A DNA stretch of 17,775 nucleotides from a bacterium. Its GTDB lineage: Bacteria > Babelota > Babeliae > Babelales > JAUWHS01. The translations under genes were made by a program, and so were the position numbers. Position 1 is the stretch's first letter, and each line of letters starts with the position of its first letter. The DNA lies in contig JBDRFY010000089.1 in the NCBI GenBank assembly GCA_043818275.1, forward strand, positions 1 to 17,775, read 5' to 3'. Shown here in pieces: positions 16,847 to 17,775 of this stretch. The notes under the pieces are model-generated. The model was not told the origin of the DNA. It searched no databases and saw only the letters and a program-made list of their open reading frames with translations.

Positions 16847-16855
16847 GATGTAGTT

Positions 16856-17641
16856 ATGAAGAAAAACAATTTACCGGTTATGATTTTGGCTGGAGGTTAT
16901 GGTACGCGTTTGCGGGAAGAAACTGAGTTTCGGCCAAAACCGATGGTGCCAATTGGTGGCAGACCAATTTTATGGCATATCATGAAAATTTATTCACATT
17001 ATGGTTTTTATCGATTCATAATTTGCCTTGGTTATAAAGGTGAGATGATAAAAAATTATTTTCTAAATTATAAAAACAATGGAATTGATTTAACTGTAAA
17101 TACAAAAACGGGAAATGTGATTGAGCACCAAATAAATGAAGAAGAATGGGAAGTAACTTTGGTTGATACGGGATCTGATTGTTATACCGGTGGACGCGTT
17201 GCCCGGGCCGCAAAATATGTTAATACCGATCGTTTTTTATTAACTTATGGCGATGGCGTTTGTGATATTGACATTGAAAAATCAATAAAATTTCATGAAT
17301 CGCATAAAAAAATTGCAACGCTGACCGGCGTTAATGTTTTTTCTCGTTTTGGAAATTTAATTGTTGATGGAGATAAGGTTACATCATTCGCGGAAAAAAA
17401 ATTAATTGAAGATGAATGGATAAATGGTGGGTTCATGATTTTAGAAAAAGATTTTTTAAAATATCTTTCAACAAATTCGAAATGTGTTTTGGAAAAAGAT
17501 CCGCTGTTTAATTGCGCGAATGATGGTCAACTTATGATTTATAAACATAAAGGTTTTTGGCAATGTATGGATACTTATCGTGAACAGCAAATGCTGGAAG
17601 AAATGTGGAAAAATGGTGCGCCCTGGAAAATTTGGTGTTAG
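16856..17641 (+). CDS. rfbF: Glucose-1-phosphate cytidylyltransferase
   Basis: ILAGGYGTRLREET..PKPMV.IG, ICLGYKG, VDTG...TGGR, LTYGDG, WINGGF, GFWQCMDT and APWKIW. Confidence 0.93.
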   Translation: MKKNNLPVMILAGGYGTRLREETEFRPKPMVPIGGRPILWHIMKIYSHYGFYRFIICLGYKGEMIKNYFLNYKNNGIDLTVNTKTGNVIEHQINEEEWEVTLVDTGSDCYTGGRVARAAKYVNTDRFLLTYGDGVCDIDIEKSIKFHESHKKIATLTGVNVFSRFGNLIVDGDKVTSFAEKKLIEDEWINGGFMILEKDFLKYLSTNSKCVLEKDPLFNCANDGQLMIYKHKGFWQCMDTYREQQMLEEMWKNGAPWKIWC

Positions 17642-17775
17642 AGCAATGTGATAATTTCCGGTAGTTGGGCAAAGTAAAAATTTCCTGTTGTGGCAAAATT
17701 AAAAAGATAAAAAATTTTTTTTTAACAATGCTAACAAACAGGAAACTATATGGAAATTATTACAATGAGTAAAAA
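17636..17775 (+). mobile_element. Left end of a probable ISNCY/IS1202-like insertion sequence (continues off the window)
   Basis: Begins TGT; sub-terminal direct repeats GCAATGTGATAATTTCC (17643-17659) and GCAAAGTAAAAATTTCC (17669-17685) are 14/17 identical, with a partial third at 17693. A downstream ORF starts MEIITMSK. Confidence 0.55.
17750..17775 (+). CDS. Start of a probable ISNCY-type transposase (partial)
   Basis: AGGA RBS then ATG GAA ATT ATT ACA ATG AGT AAA (MEIITMSK), resembling the 'TMS.KE' N-termini I associate with these transposases. Only 8 codons are visible. Confidence 0.4.

Noticed and set aside
542..17213. Short alternative-frame and antisense ORFs (542, 1505, 2066, 2891, 5823, 8847, 9391, 10861, 12964, 14021, 14082, 14742, 17016)
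   Set aside because: All overlap well-supported genes or the repeat elements and show no recognisable motifs; they are consistent with shadow ORFs.
1..17775. Composite transposon carrying the whole island
   Set aside because: The two IS ends look like different families, and both are left ends whose elements extend outward; independent insertions are more parsimonious.

Overview
AT-rich bacterial window, apparently bounded at both ends by insertion-sequence termini: an IS3-like left end that truncates a CPH-type copper P1B ATPase, and an ISNCY/IS1202-like end fused to the rfbF stop codon. Between them is a cell-surface glycan modification island. The first part has an AsnB-like amidotransferase, a VapBC-like toxin-antitoxin pair, a GT-C transferase, manC and a GtrB-like GT2. 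It is followed by a tightly coupled phosphonate operon: a small YIDPGTG membrane protein, a TagB/F-like transferase, a PepM-cytidylyltransferase fusion, phosphonopyruvate decarboxylase, a second cytidylyltransferase, an iron-dependent ADH, two LtaS/EptA-like membrane transferases and rfbF. The operon predicts activation of 2-hydroxyethylphosphonate (HEP) and its transfer to a surface polymer. The most unusual signal is that two operon genes carry GC-rich, hairpin-bounded inverted-repeat insertions inside inter-domain linkers. A 260-bp element splits ppd: it is stop-free in the -1 frame, lies among slippery heptamers, and its precise removal also restores the frame. A 404-bp element is translated in frame in the first LtaS-like gene. 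All calls come from motif reading by eye; no database searches were run.
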